In this document: one piece after another, positions 1-9,237 of the stretch
Position numbering within the stretch: the first letter of the stretch is position 1
Layout of the letters: every line of letters begins with the position of its first letter
Origin: Dehalococcoidia bacterium
GTDB lineage: Bacteria; Chloroflexota; Dehalococcoidia; Lucifugimonadales; UBA2962
Length of the DNA stretch: 64,000 bases
Assembly: GCA_034421295.1 (NCBI GenBank)
Contig: DAOUKM010000008.1
Location: 23,092 to 87,091, forward strand
Direction of reading: 5' to 3'
Program-made: the position numbers and the translations under genes
Notes under the pieces: model-generated
The model's database searches: none
Told to the model about the DNA's origin: nothing
What the model saw: the letters and a program-made list of their open reading frames with translations, nothing else

Positions 1-993
1 GTCGGCTACATCGATTCCACCTACGGTTTCGACTACCAGTCGTGCGGCGTCGCCGTATCCATCAAGGAGCAGTCCCATGACATATCGGGCGGGGTCAGCC
101 GCGCGGTGGAGGTCAGGGACGGTGCGGTGGACGACGGTGAGGACGAGGCCGAGAGTCTGGGCGCCGGAGACCAGGGGATGATGGTCGGCTTCGCATGTTC
201 CGAGACACCCGAACTGATGCCGCTCTCGATCTCTCTGGCGCACCGGCTCTGCCGCAAGATGGCGGAGGTGCGCAAGGAAGGACTGATCCCCTACCTGCGT
301 CCCGACGGAAAATCCCAGGTCACAGTCGAGTACGAGTATGGGATGCCGAGGCGCATAGACACGGTGGTGCTGGCCGCTCAGCACAACCCGGAGGTCAGCC
401 AGTCAGTGATCGAGCGCGACCTGGTCGAAGAGGTTGCAAAGACCGTCATACCCGAGCACTACCGCGACCGCCGGACCAAGTACATCGTCAATCCGTCAGG
501 ACGATTCGTAACCGGCGGGCCGGTCGGTGACGCCGGCCTCACCGGGAGAAAGATCCTGGTCGACACCTACGGGGGCCAGGCGCGGCACGGAGGCGGAGCG
601 TTCTCGGGCAAGGACCCCACCAAGGTGGACCGTTCGGCCCACTACGCAGCGCGCTACGTGGCCAAGAACCTGGTGGCCGCCGGGCTCGCCGACAGGCTCG
701 AGCTGCAGGTCTCGTACGCGATCGGCATGGCCAACCCGGTCTCCATTGCCGTGGAGACGTTCGGAACGAACCACGTGGCGGACGAGAGGATCGTCCGCGC
801 CGTAAACGAGCACTTCGACCTGCGTCCGGGCGCCATAATCCGCGACCTGGACCTCAGGAGGCCGATCTACACGCAGACGGCTGCCTACGGCCACTTCGGC
901 CGTGACGACATCGACCTCCCCTGGGAGCGGACTGACAGGGCCGCCGAGATCAGGCGGGACGTCTTCGTCGTCGACGCCACGGAGGCCGTCTAG
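1..993 (+). CDS. metK: S-adenosylmethionine synthetase, 5'-truncated by the window edge
   Basis: Frame 1 is open from nt 1 ([17 protein letters not shown]...) and continues into listed ORF 106..993. MetK hallmarks are present: [40 protein letters not shown] stop at 991-993. Confidence 0.95.
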   Translation, partial: VGYIDSTYGFDYQSCGVAVSIKEQSHDISGGVSRAVEVRDGAVDDGEDEAESLGAGDQGMMVGFACSETPELMPLSISLAHRLCRKMAEVRKEGLIPYLRPDGKSQVTVEYEYGMPRRIDTVVLAAQHNPEVSQSVIERDLVEEVAKTVIPEHYRDRRTKYIVNPSGRFVTGGPVGDAGLTGRKILVDTYGGQARHGGGAFSGKDPTKVDRSAHYAARYVAKNLVAAGLADRLELQVSYAIGMANPVSIAVETFGTNHVADERIVRAVNEHFDLRPGAIIRDLDLRRPIYTQTAAYGHFGRDDIDLPWERTDRAAEIRRDVFVVDATEAV

Positions 994-1027
994 CAGTACC
1001 GCGCGGCGGAAGGGACCACCGGTCAGC

Positions 1028-2440
1028 ATGACGATAAGGTTCGGCACCGACGGCTGGCGAGCCATCATCGCCGACGAGTTCACCTTCGAGAACGTGCGCA
1101 TCTGCGCGCAGGCCACCGCCGACCTTCTCAGGGCCGCGGGGATGGCCGACCGGGGCCTTGTGGTCGGCTATGACACGCGCTTTGCCTCCGACCGCTTCGC
1201 CGGGGCGGTCGCCGACGTCGCGGCCGCAAGCGGCGTGCCCGTCGCCATCAGCCAGGGGCCGGTGCCCACGCCGGTGCTCAGCCACGGGGTCGTGGACCGT
1301 CGGGCCGGCGGCGGGGTGGCGATAACCGCCAGCCACAACCCCGGCCGATACAACGGCTACAAGTTCAAACCGGAGACCGGGGGCAGCGCAACGGACGAGA
1401 CGGTGGCGGAGCTGGAGCGGCTGATCGCCCGGCTGCAGGCCGAGGGGGTCACGACCCGCCCCCCGGTGTCGAGGCCTGCGTCCGTTGAGCGTGTCGACCT
1501 TGTGCCGCGCTACCTTGGCCAGATCGCAGGCCTGGTCGACCTGGACGCGCTTCGATCGGCCGGCCTGAAGGTGGTCGTCGATCCGATGTTCGGCGCCGGC
1601 GGAGGCATGTTCCCACGGCTGCTGGGCGGCGGCGCAACCTCCGTCACCGAGATCCACGGCGAGCCGAACCCGGCCTTCCCGGGAATCGAGCACCCCGAGC
1701 CCATCGGACCCAACCTGGGCGAACTTTCCCGGCGGGTGGTGGCGGAAGGGGCGGATGCGGGGATCGCCAACGACGGAGACGCCGACCGCGTGGGCCTGGT
1801 GGACGAGACGGGCCGCTTCGTAACGACCCTGGAGTCGTTCTCCCTGATCTGCCTTCACCAGCTGGATCTGCTCTCCCGGCGAGGGCCGCTCATCAGGTCG
1901 CTCACGCAGAGCTCGATGATCGACAGGCTCGGAGAGATCTACGGTGTACCCGTTACGGAGACGAAGGTCGGTTTCAAGTACATAGCGCCCCTGTTCGAGT
2001 CGCAGGACGCTCTAGCCGCCGGCGAGGAGAGCGGAGGGTACACGATCAGGGGCCATGTCCCCGACCGCGACGGCATCCTCTGCGGGCTGCTGGTCCTGGA
2101 ACTGATGGCGAGGACCGGCAGGCGGCTAAGCGAGCTCGTCGACTGGCTGTTCGAGCTGGTGGGCCCCCACTTCTACGACCGCGTCGACCTTCAGTTCGAC
2201 CCCCGGCTGCGCGATGTGATCGCGGCCCGCATAACGTCCGCGGCCCCGGCCGAACTGGCCGGGCTGAAGGTGGTGGGAACACGTACCGACGACGGATACA
2301 AGTTCAACCTCGCGGGCGGATGCTGGATGCTGGTGCGCTTCTCGGGCACAGAGCCTCTGCTGCGCACGTACGCTGAGGCCGACTCGCCAGAGCGCGTGGC
2401 GCTGCTCCTTGAGGAGACGCGTCACCTGGCAATCCCTTAA
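1028..2440 (+). CDS. phosphoglucomutase/phosphomannomutase family protein (alpha-D-phosphohexomutase)
   Basis: ATG at 1028 gives MTIRFGTDGWRA. Active-site loop TASHNPGRYNGYK and metal loop NDGDADR are present. The ORF-track start at 902 adds 42 low-complexity codons overlapping metK, so I rejected it. Confidence 0.9.
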   Translation: MTIRFGTDGWRAIIADEFTFENVRICAQATADLLRAAGMADRGLVVGYDTRFASDRFAGAVADVAAASGVPVAISQGPVPTPVLSHGVVDRRAGGGVAITASHNPGRYNGYKFKPETGGSATDETVAELERLIARLQAEGVTTRPPVSRPASVERVDLVPRYLGQIAGLVDLDALRSAGLKVVVDPMFGAGGGMFPRLLGGGATSVTEIHGEPNPAFPGIEHPEPIGPNLGELSRRVVAEGADAGIANDGDADRVGLVDETGRFVTTLESFSLICLHQLDLLSRRGPLIRSLTQSSMIDRLGEIYGVPVTETKVGFKYIAPLFESQDALAAGEESGGYTIRGHVPDRDGILCGLLVLELMARTGRRLSELVDWLFELVGPHFYDRVDLQFDPRLRDVIAARITSAAPAELAGLKVVGTRTDDGYKFNLAGGCWMLVRFSGTEPLLRTYAEADSPERVALLLEETRHLAIP

Positions 2441-2450
2441 ACTTGCGGCC

Positions 2451-5255
2451 ATGACGGCCCAGGGTCCCCTGCTGCTGGTCGACGGTCACGCGCTCGTCTT
2501 CGTCGCCTACAACGCTCTCAAAGAACCCATGACGGTGCGCTCGACGGGCGAGCCGATCGGAGCGGTCTACGGATTCGCAAACTCGCTCCTCAAGACCCTC
2601 TCGGACTTTCAACCCACCCACTGCGCCGTGGCATTCGACCCGCCCGGCCCCACGTTCAGGCACGATCACTATCCCGACTACAAGGCTCACAGGCCCCCTA
2701 CTCCCCCGGACCTGCCGCCGCAGGTCGAGAAGGTAAAGCAGCTGGTTGGCGCGTTCGGCATGCCCATCTACGAGCTGGAGGGCTATGAGGCCGACGACGT
2801 GATCGGCACGCTTTCCCGCCAAGCGGACGAGCGCGGGATCGACACGATCATTCTCACCGTGGACACCGATGCGCTGCAGCTGGTGTCGGAGAGGACGCGG
2901 GTCTACGTGTCGACCGCCTTTAACAGGCGGGTCTTTGATGTCGACGCCGTTCGGGACCGGTATGAGGGCCTTGGACCCGATCGGGTGGCCGACATAAAGG
3001 GCCTTGAGGGCGACAAGTCGGACAACGTCCCCGGCGTCCCCGGCGTGGGCAGAAAGACGGCGATCAAGCTGCTGACCGAATTCGGCAGCGTAGAGGGCAT
3101 ATACGAGCGCATCGAGGACGTGAGGCCCGACGGACTTCGAAAGAGGATGAAGGACAACGAGAGCGAGGCCCGGGAGAGCAAGTACCTTACAACCATCGTG
3201 CGGGACGTCCCGGTGGAGCTGGACCTTGCGGCGGCGGACATGTCGGGTTACGACCGGGATGCGGTGGCAGAGTTCATGCGCGGGCTCGAGTTCCGTTCCA
3301 TCATCGACCGCCTGCCCGCCTCCAGCGCGGACCCGGGACCGGAGAGCGGCGAGCCGAGGGCGCCCGAGGACCGGAGCCCCACCGAATACACGATCGTCGA
3401 CACCCGGGAAAAGCTCGCAGAGATGATCGCCGAGCTGGAAGGGTCGGAGGCCTTTGCGTTCGACACGGAGACCACGTCCGAGCACGCGATGGAGGCCGAC
3501 CTCGTGGGCCTGTCGTTCTCCAACGCCGAGGGCAGGGCATGGTATGTGCCCGTCGGCCACAGGGTTCCCCCCAGGCTGGAGCTTGGAGAGGAGCCGAGGC
3601 AGATCGTGCAGGTGCCCGTGGCGGAGGCGCTCGACGCGGTGCGCTCTCTGTTTGAGAGCGAGTCGATCGGGAAGATAGCCCACAACGCCAACTTCGACGT
3701 GACGGTGCTGGCGAACAGCGGCGTTGCGGTGCGCAACCTCAGTTTCGACACGATGCTGGCCGCCCACCTGGTCGGCCGCCGGGGCATCGGCCTCAAGGCC
3801 CTTGCCTCAAACGTGCTCGGCGAGGAGATGACTCCCATCACGGACCTGATAGGCACCGGCAGAAGCCGGATAACCATGGCCGAGGTCCCCGTCGAGAGGG
3901 CGGGCCCGTACGCCGCGGCTGACGCCGACTTCACCTTCCGGCTTAGCGGCGTGTTCGCCGATGACCTTGCGCGGATGTCGCTGACAGAGCCCTTCGAGAC
4001 ACTGGAGATGCCCCTGGTCGACGTGCTCGTCCGCATGGAGCGCGGAGGCGTCGCCCTGGATGCCGCGCTGCTTCGAGATATGTCCGGAGAGCTGGGCGAG
4101 CGCCTGGCCGGGGTCAGGGGATCGATCTACGAGACGGTGGGCCACGAGTTCAACGTCGGCTCCTCCCAGCAGCTGGCCGGCGTGCTCTTCGACGAGCTGC
4201 GTCTCCCTCCCGTAAAGAAGACCAAGAGCGGCTACTCGACCGATGCAGCATCCCTGGACGCTCTCAAGGAGAGGCTAAACCAGGGCGCGCTCGAGAGCGT
4301 CGACCCCCGGGCTTCCGAGGTGATCGACAGGGTCGTCGAGTTCAGAGAGATCTCCAAGCTCAAGTCCACCTACGTGGACGCACTTCCGGAGCTGGTCCAT
4401 CCGGTGACCGGGCGCATCCACACCAGCTACAACCAGACGGGTTCTGCGACCGGCCGCGTCTCGAGCAACGATCCCAACGTGCAGAACATACCCATCCGCA
4501 CCGAGCTCGGGCGCAGGGTGCGAAAGGCTTTCGTCGCCGAGGGGTCCCCCGACTGGATAATGGTGGGGGCGGACTACTCCCAGATAGAGCTGCGCATCCT
4601 GGCGCACATGTCGGAGGACCCCGGACTGCTGGAGGCCTTCCGTGAGGGCATGGACATTCACGCGATCACCTCGTCACTGGTGTACGAGGTCTCCATCGAG
4701 GAGGTCACCGCCGACATGCGCCGGGTGGCCAAGGTGCTCAACTTCGGAGTCCTCTACGGCCTGACGCCCTACGGCATAATGCAGCAGACCGACCTGACCC
4801 CCGAGCAGGGGCGCCGCTTCATAGACGCGTACTTTTCGAGCTACCCGGGCATTAGGGACTACGTCGACAGCACCATAGAGCGGTGCAGGCAGGCAGGCTA
4901 CGTGGCCTCCCTGATGGGCCGGCGCAGATATCTTCCCGAGATCAACTCTTCCAACCGCTCCGCCCGGCAGGCCGCCGAGCGGGCCGCGGTCAACATGCCG
5001 GTCCAGGGCACGGCGGCGGACATCATCAAGCTCGCCATGCTCAGCGTGCAGGCACGGCTGGACGATATGGACATGAAGACCAGGATGATCCTGCAGGTGC
5101 ACGATGAACTGGTGTTCGAGGCGCCGGACGAGGAGGTCGACTCCCTGGCGGCCATGCTCCGGCTGGAGATGCCGGCCGCAATGGACCTACTGGTGCCCCT
5201 CCAGATCGAACTGAAGGCCGGCCCCAACTGGGGTGAGATGGATCCGCTTTCCTGA
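2451..5255 (+). CDS. polA: DNA polymerase I
   Basis: The 5'-nuclease N-terminus (LLLVDGHALVFVAYNAL), a 3'-5' exo-like middle (FAFDTETTS) and the pol domain (RRVAKVLNFGVLYG, QVHDELVFE) are all present. ATG at 2451 is preferred over 2409. Confidence 0.95.
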   Translation: MTAQGPLLLVDGHALVFVAYNALKEPMTVRSTGEPIGAVYGFANSLLKTLSDFQPTHCAVAFDPPGPTFRHDHYPDYKAHRPPTPPDLPPQVEKVKQLVGAFGMPIYELEGYEADDVIGTLSRQADERGIDTIILTVDTDALQLVSERTRVYVSTAFNRRVFDVDAVRDRYEGLGPDRVADIKGLEGDKSDNVPGVPGVGRKTAIKLLTEFGSVEGIYERIEDVRPDGLRKRMKDNESEARESKYLTTIVRDVPVELDLAAADMSGYDRDAVAEFMRGLEFRSIIDRLPASSADPGPESGEPRAPEDRSPTEYTIVDTREKLAEMIAELEGSEAFAFDTETTSEHAMEADLVGLSFSNAEGRAWYVPVGHRVPPRLELGEEPRQIVQVPVAEALDAVRSLFESESIGKIAHNANFDVTVLANSGVAVRNLSFDTMLAAHLVGRRGIGLKALASNVLGEEMTPITDLIGTGRSRITMAEVPVERAGPYAAADADFTFRLSGVFADDLARMSLTEPFETLEMPLVDVLVRMERGGVALDAALLRDMSGELGERLAGVRGSIYETVGHEFNVGSSQQLAGVLFDELRLPPVKKTKSGYSTDAASLDALKERLNQGALESVDPRASEVIDRVVEFREISKLKSTYVDALPELVHPVTGRIHTSYNQTGSATGRVSSNDPNVQNIPIRTELGRRVRKAFVAEGSPDWIMVGADYSQIELRILAHMSEDPGLLEAFREGMDIHAITSSLVYEVSIEEVTADMRRVAKVLNFGVLYGLTPYGIMQQTDLTPEQGRRFIDAYFSSYPGIRDYVDSTIERCRQAGYVASLMGRRRYLPEINSSNRSARQAAERAAVNMPVQGTAADIIKLAMLSVQARLDDMDMKTRMILQVHDELVFEAPDEEVDSLAAMLRLEMPAAMDLLVPLQIELKAGPNWGEMDPLS

Positions 5256-5282
5256 GGGGCGGCTACCCGTTGGCCCGCGTCG

Positions 5283-5311
5283 TTGACACCCTTATACCAC
5301 CCACATAACAT
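5283..5311 (+). promoter_or_regulatory. candidate sigma-70-type promoter for the GreA-like gene
   Basis: Perfect -35 TTGACA (5283-5288), a 17-nt spacer, then -10-like TAACAT (5306-5311). An SD GGGAGG (5341-5346) follows, 7 nt before the TTG start at 5354. Confidence 0.45.
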
Positions 5312-5353
5312 TGGAATGACCACCCCCATCTTCCTACCCCGGGAGGCATCAGC

Positions 5354-6169
5354 TTGAAGGAATCAGGTGGGCCCTCTGTCATCGAGGCCATAAGCCTGTA
5401 TCTGAACAACCCCAAGACCAAGACCGACGGGCCACTCACCGACCGCGAACTGCACAGGTTCGCCCAGTGGTGTGGGGCGGATCGAGTGCTCGGCGAGATA
5501 AACCCCTCCGACGTCGGGGCCTACTCCGACAGGATGGGAGAGGGTGGTGCGGTCCCACAGGCGGCCGAAAGGCTCCAGGTGGTACGCAGCTTCCTGTCCT
5601 ACATGAAAAAGAGCGGGCAGATCAACGTCAATCTCGCCCAGCACGTCCGCATCCGCAAGAGTCGAACACGGGTCCATCAGGGAGGCGACGCCAGCGCGAG
5701 GGACGTAATCGAGCTGACACCGGAAGGACACAAGGCGCTCACCGACACCCTTGCCAAGCTCAAGGATGAGCGCATCTCCCTGGCCGAGGACATCCACAAG
5801 GCGGCAGCGGACAAGGACGTGCGTGAGAACGCCCCGCTGGAGGCCGCCCGCGAGCAGCTCGGACTGGTCGAGTCACGCGTGCGTGACATCGAGCTCCAGC
5901 TCAAGAACGCGGTGGTGATAGACCCCAAGAAGCGCAAGAAAGATGCCATCGTAAGGGTGGGCGCGAAGATCACCATCAAGGATCTCGGCTCCGGCAAAGT
6001 GCACGGCTACACGGTTGTCAGCGCCTCGGAGGCCAACCCCCTCGAGGGCAAGATCTCGGACGTGTCGCCGGTGGGAAAGGCCGTGATGCGCCGAACGGCC
6101 GGCCAGCAGGTAGAGGTGGAAACCCCGCGCGGCAGGCAGGCCTTCGAGATAGTGAAGGTCACCGCCTGA
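5354..6169 (+). CDS. GreA-family transcript cleavage factor with a ~115-aa N-terminal extension
   Basis: The C-terminal ~155 aa form a Gre coiled coil with the acidic tip retained (AAADKDVRENAPLEAAREQ). The GreA C-domain follows (VRVGAKITIKDLGSGKVHGYTVVSASEANPLEGKISDVSPVGKAVMRR). The N-terminal part resembles a tyrosine-recombinase SAM-like/core-binding domain (see findings). TTG start preceded by an SD. Confidence 0.85.
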   Translation: MKESGGPSVIEAISLYLNNPKTKTDGPLTDRELHRFAQWCGADRVLGEINPSDVGAYSDRMGEGGAVPQAAERLQVVRSFLSYMKKSGQINVNLAQHVRIRKSRTRVHQGGDASARDVIELTPEGHKALTDTLAKLKDERISLAEDIHKAAADKDVRENAPLEAAREQLGLVESRVRDIELQLKNAVVIDPKKRKKDAIVRVGAKITIKDLGSGKVHGYTVVSASEANPLEGKISDVSPVGKAVMRRTAGQQVEVETPRGRQAFEIVKVTA

Positions 6170-6174
6170 CCCTC

Positions 6175-6262
6175 GCCCGACGACCCGGCAGCCAGCCCAG
6201 GGCACCGGTTCTGTCCGAAACCCCCGCTTTTCCCCCTTAGCCCGACGACCCGGCAGCCAGCC
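6175..6262. repeat. perfect 23-bp direct repeat, two copies (6175-6197 and 6240-6262)
   Basis: GCCCGACGACCCGGCAGCCAGCC occurs twice, 65 bp apart start-to-start. It fills the gap between the GreA-like stop and the ATG at 6268. Confidence 0.9.
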
Positions 6263-6267
6263 GATCC

Positions 6268-9210
6268 ATGCCCACCAGGTCCTCCGAAGCGACCGAACTC
6301 CCGCGAGTGCAGCCCGGCCCCGACACCATCGACCTGGCCAGGGAGCTGGAGGGCGAGGTAGACGGCGAGGTCCGCTTCGATAAGGTCTCCCGCCTCCTTT
6401 ACAGCACCGACGCTTCCATCTACCAGATCCTGCCTCTGGGCGTAGTCCTTCCCCGCTCCGAGGAGGACGTCGTGGCCACCGTGGAGGTCGCCCGCCGCCG
6501 GGGAGTGCCGGTGTTGCCCAGAGGGGGAGGCACCAGTCTGGCCGGCCAGACCGTGGGACCCGCCGTCGTAATCGACTATTCCAAGTACATGAGGGCGCTG
6601 CTGGAGGTGGACACCGAGCGGATGTCCGCGCGAGTGCAGCCCGGCATCGTTCTAGACGAGCTCAACCGCAGGCTGGCCGTCCAGGGCCTGATGTTCGCGC
6701 CGGACCCGAGCACTTCCAACCGTGGCAACGTCGGCGGGGCGCTGGGCAACAACTCGTGCGGCGCCCACTCGATCGTGTGGGGAAAGACCTCGGAAAACGT
6801 CCTGGGGCTGCGCGCGGTCCTCTCGGACGGCACGACGGCCGATCTGGGCCGGCTCAAGGGGGGCGAGATCACCTCTATGGCCGGCCGCGACGGCCTGCTC
6901 GCATCGATCGTGCGGGAGCTGTCCGCCGTGGGGATCGAGTACCGGCGGGAGGTCGACGCCCGATACCCCAGGGTCTCGCGCCGCGTGTCAGGGTACAACC
7001 TGGACAGGCTGCCGGCGGCCGCCGGGGGCGAGCTCGACCTCGCCGAGTTCGTGGTCGGATCGGAAGGAACCCTGGTCAACGTCACCGAGGCGACGCTCAG
7101 GCTGGTCCCCGTGCCACGCAGAAGGGCCCTGGCAGCCCTGCACTTCTCCGACCTGATCGAGTCGATGGAGGCGACCGTCGCGGCGCTGGAGCTCGGGCCG
7201 GCGGCGATCGAGCACGTCGGGGCGATGATTCTGCGGCAGGCACGGGACAACCTCGAGTACTCACGCATGATGGACTGGGCGCAGGGAGAGCCGGAGGCCG
7301 TCCTCCTCGTCGAGTTCATGGGGGACTCGGAGGCCGAGCTCTGCGACAGGCTGAGCAGGCTCGAGAGCAGGATGAAAAGGGCCGGGCTCGGCTATGCGAC
7401 GACGCGCCTCATGGACGCCGCGGACCAGGCGAGGGTATGGGCGGTGCGCAGGGCTGGCCTCGGGCTGATGATGAACGCCCCGGGCGCCGAAAAGCCGCTG
7501 CCCTTCGTGGAGGACACCGCCGTCGACCCGGAGAGCCTGCCCGAATTCGTAAGGCGCTTTGACGAGATCGTCAGGGAGGCCGGCACCGAGGCCGGCTATT
7601 ACGGGCACGCGAGCGTCGGCTGCCTACACATCCGGCCACTGATCGACCTCAAGCGCCAAGCCGGCGTCGATCGCATGGTCGCGATCGCCGATGCGGTCAG
7701 CGACCTCGTATTGGAGTTCGGCGGCGCACTGAGCGGTGAGCACGGGGACGGCCTCGTGAGAAGCCCGTTCATCGAAAAGATGTTCGGCCCGTCGATCCTG
7801 GAGGCCTTCGGGCGCGTCAAGATGGCATTCGATCCGGATGGCATCATGAATCCGGGGAAGATCGTCGACCCGCCCGACTTCGTCGACAACCTGCGCATAG
7901 ACCCCGACTACCGGACCGTCGACATACAGACCGCCATCTCCTTCAGGGCGGAGGGAGGGCTGGCGGCGGCGATCGAGATGTGCAACGGGCAGGGGGCGTG
8001 CCGTAAGCCGGCGGGGGGGACGATGTGTCCCTCCTTCATGGCCACAAGGGACGAGGAGCACTCGACGCGCGGCAGGGCGAACGCGCTCAGGTCGGCGATA
8101 TCCGGTGCGATTCCCCTCGAGGCGATGACCGGAGAGAGAGTCGGCCAGGTAATGGACCTCTGCCTGGGATGCAAGGCCTGCAAGGCGGAGTGCCCATCGA
8201 ACGTTGACATGGCCAAGCTCAAGTATGAGGTGGCGGCGCGCTGCCGCGGTGAGCGCGGGCCGACCCTGAGGGAGCGCGCCTTCGGGAACATAGACCGCCT
8301 GGGGTCTCTGGGATCGCTGCTGGCGCCGGTATCGAACTGGGTGGTCGGCTCCGAGGCGATCGGGGAACTGCTGGAGAAGGTGGCTGGCATCGACCGCCGC
8401 CGCACGCTCCCTCCGTATGCGGGGCAGACCTTTCGCCAGTGGATGCGCGCGCGAGAACCCCGAGTGGATCGCTCCGCGCCGCTGGGCCGCGTCGTTCTGT
8501 TCGCCGACACCTTCACCAACTACCACCACCCGGAGATCGGCAGGGCCGCTGTCATGGTGCTCGAGGCGCTGGGATACCGGGTCGAGGTGCCCGCGTTCCG
8601 CTGCTGCGGCCGGCCCCAGCTGTCGGTGGGAGACGTCGAGCGTGCCAGGCGCAACGCGGCGGCCAACGTCGAGATGGCCTCGGCCGCCATGGCAGACGGT
8701 GCAAGACTTGTGGGCCTTGAGCCATCGTGCGTGCTCGCATTCGGGGACGAGTATCTCTACCTGCTGGAGGAAGACGAGACCGCGCGGCGCGTTGCCTCGG
8801 GCACCGTCCTGATCGACGAGCTGTTGAGCGAGGCCCTGGGCAGCCGGGAGATCGAGTTTGCGACCGGGCGATCGGCCCGCACGCTCTTTCACGGGCACTG
8901 CCAGCAGAGGGCGCTGGTGGGTACGGGCCACTCCCTTAAGGTCCTGGGCATGCTGCCCGGCGCCGCGCCGGCCGAGATCGCCTCGGGATGCTGCGGCATG
9001 GCGGGCTCCTTCGGCTTCGAGTCCGAGCACTACGACGTGTCGATGGCAATCGGCGAGCTATCGCTGTTCCCCGAGATCAGGGAGCAGACCGGGGAGTTCG
9101 AGGTGGTCAGCCTCGGGTTCTCATGCCGCCAGCAGATCGTGGACGGAACCGGAGCGAGGGCGAGGCACCTTGTCGAGGTGGTCGCCGAATCGCTGCCGTC
9201 AGAGGGGTGA
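6268..9210 (+). CDS. FAD-linked oxidase fused to Fe-S/CCG domains (GlcD-GlcF-like fusion, YdiJ-type 2-hydroxyacid dehydrogenase family)
   Basis: N-terminal FAD-binding region (PRGGGTSLAGQ), ferredoxin-type cluster (CLGCKACKAECPSN) and C-terminal Cys-rich CCG repeats (FRCCGRP, CCGMAGSFGFE). At 980 aa its architecture resembles E. coli YdiJ. Confidence 0.85.
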   Translation: MPTRSSEATELPRVQPGPDTIDLARELEGEVDGEVRFDKVSRLLYSTDASIYQILPLGVVLPRSEEDVVATVEVARRRGVPVLPRGGGTSLAGQTVGPAVVIDYSKYMRALLEVDTERMSARVQPGIVLDELNRRLAVQGLMFAPDPSTSNRGNVGGALGNNSCGAHSIVWGKTSENVLGLRAVLSDGTTADLGRLKGGEITSMAGRDGLLASIVRELSAVGIEYRREVDARYPRVSRRVSGYNLDRLPAAAGGELDLAEFVVGSEGTLVNVTEATLRLVPVPRRRALAALHFSDLIESMEATVAALELGPAAIEHVGAMILRQARDNLEYSRMMDWAQGEPEAVLLVEFMGDSEAELCDRLSRLESRMKRAGLGYATTRLMDAADQARVWAVRRAGLGLMMNAPGAEKPLPFVEDTAVDPESLPEFVRRFDEIVREAGTEAGYYGHASVGCLHIRPLIDLKRQAGVDRMVAIADAVSDLVLEFGGALSGEHGDGLVRSPFIEKMFGPSILEAFGRVKMAFDPDGIMNPGKIVDPPDFVDNLRIDPDYRTVDIQTAISFRAEGGLAAAIEMCNGQGACRKPAGGTMCPSFMATRDEEHSTRGRANALRSAISGAIPLEAMTGERVGQVMDLCLGCKACKAECPSNVDMAKLKYEVAARCRGERGPTLRERAFGNIDRLGSLGSLLAPVSNWVVGSEAIGELLEKVAGIDRRRTLPPYAGQTFRQWMRAREPRVDRSAPLGRVVLFADTFTNYHHPEIGRAAVMVLEALGYRVEVPAFRCCGRPQLSVGDVERARRNAAANVEMASAAMADGARLVGLEPSCVLAFGDEYLYLLEEDETARRVASGTVLIDELLSEALGSREIEFATGRSARTLFHGHCQQRALVGTGHSLKVLGMLPGAAPAEIASGCCGMAGSFGFESEHYDVSMAIGELSLFPEIREQTGEFEVVSLGFSCRQQIVDGTGARARHLVEVVAESLPSEG

Positions 9211-9237
9211 CTAGGCTATGATTTCCTTGGAGAAGCC

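Noticed and set aside
902-1027. Upstream extension of the phosphohexomutase ORF; likewise 2409..2450 for polA, 39979..40056 for LysR, 55559..55591 for mutS2 and 13927..14016 for the SDR
   Set aside because: The extensions are low-complexity, overlap neighbouring genes or promoters, and homologous N-termini begin at the internal start codons.
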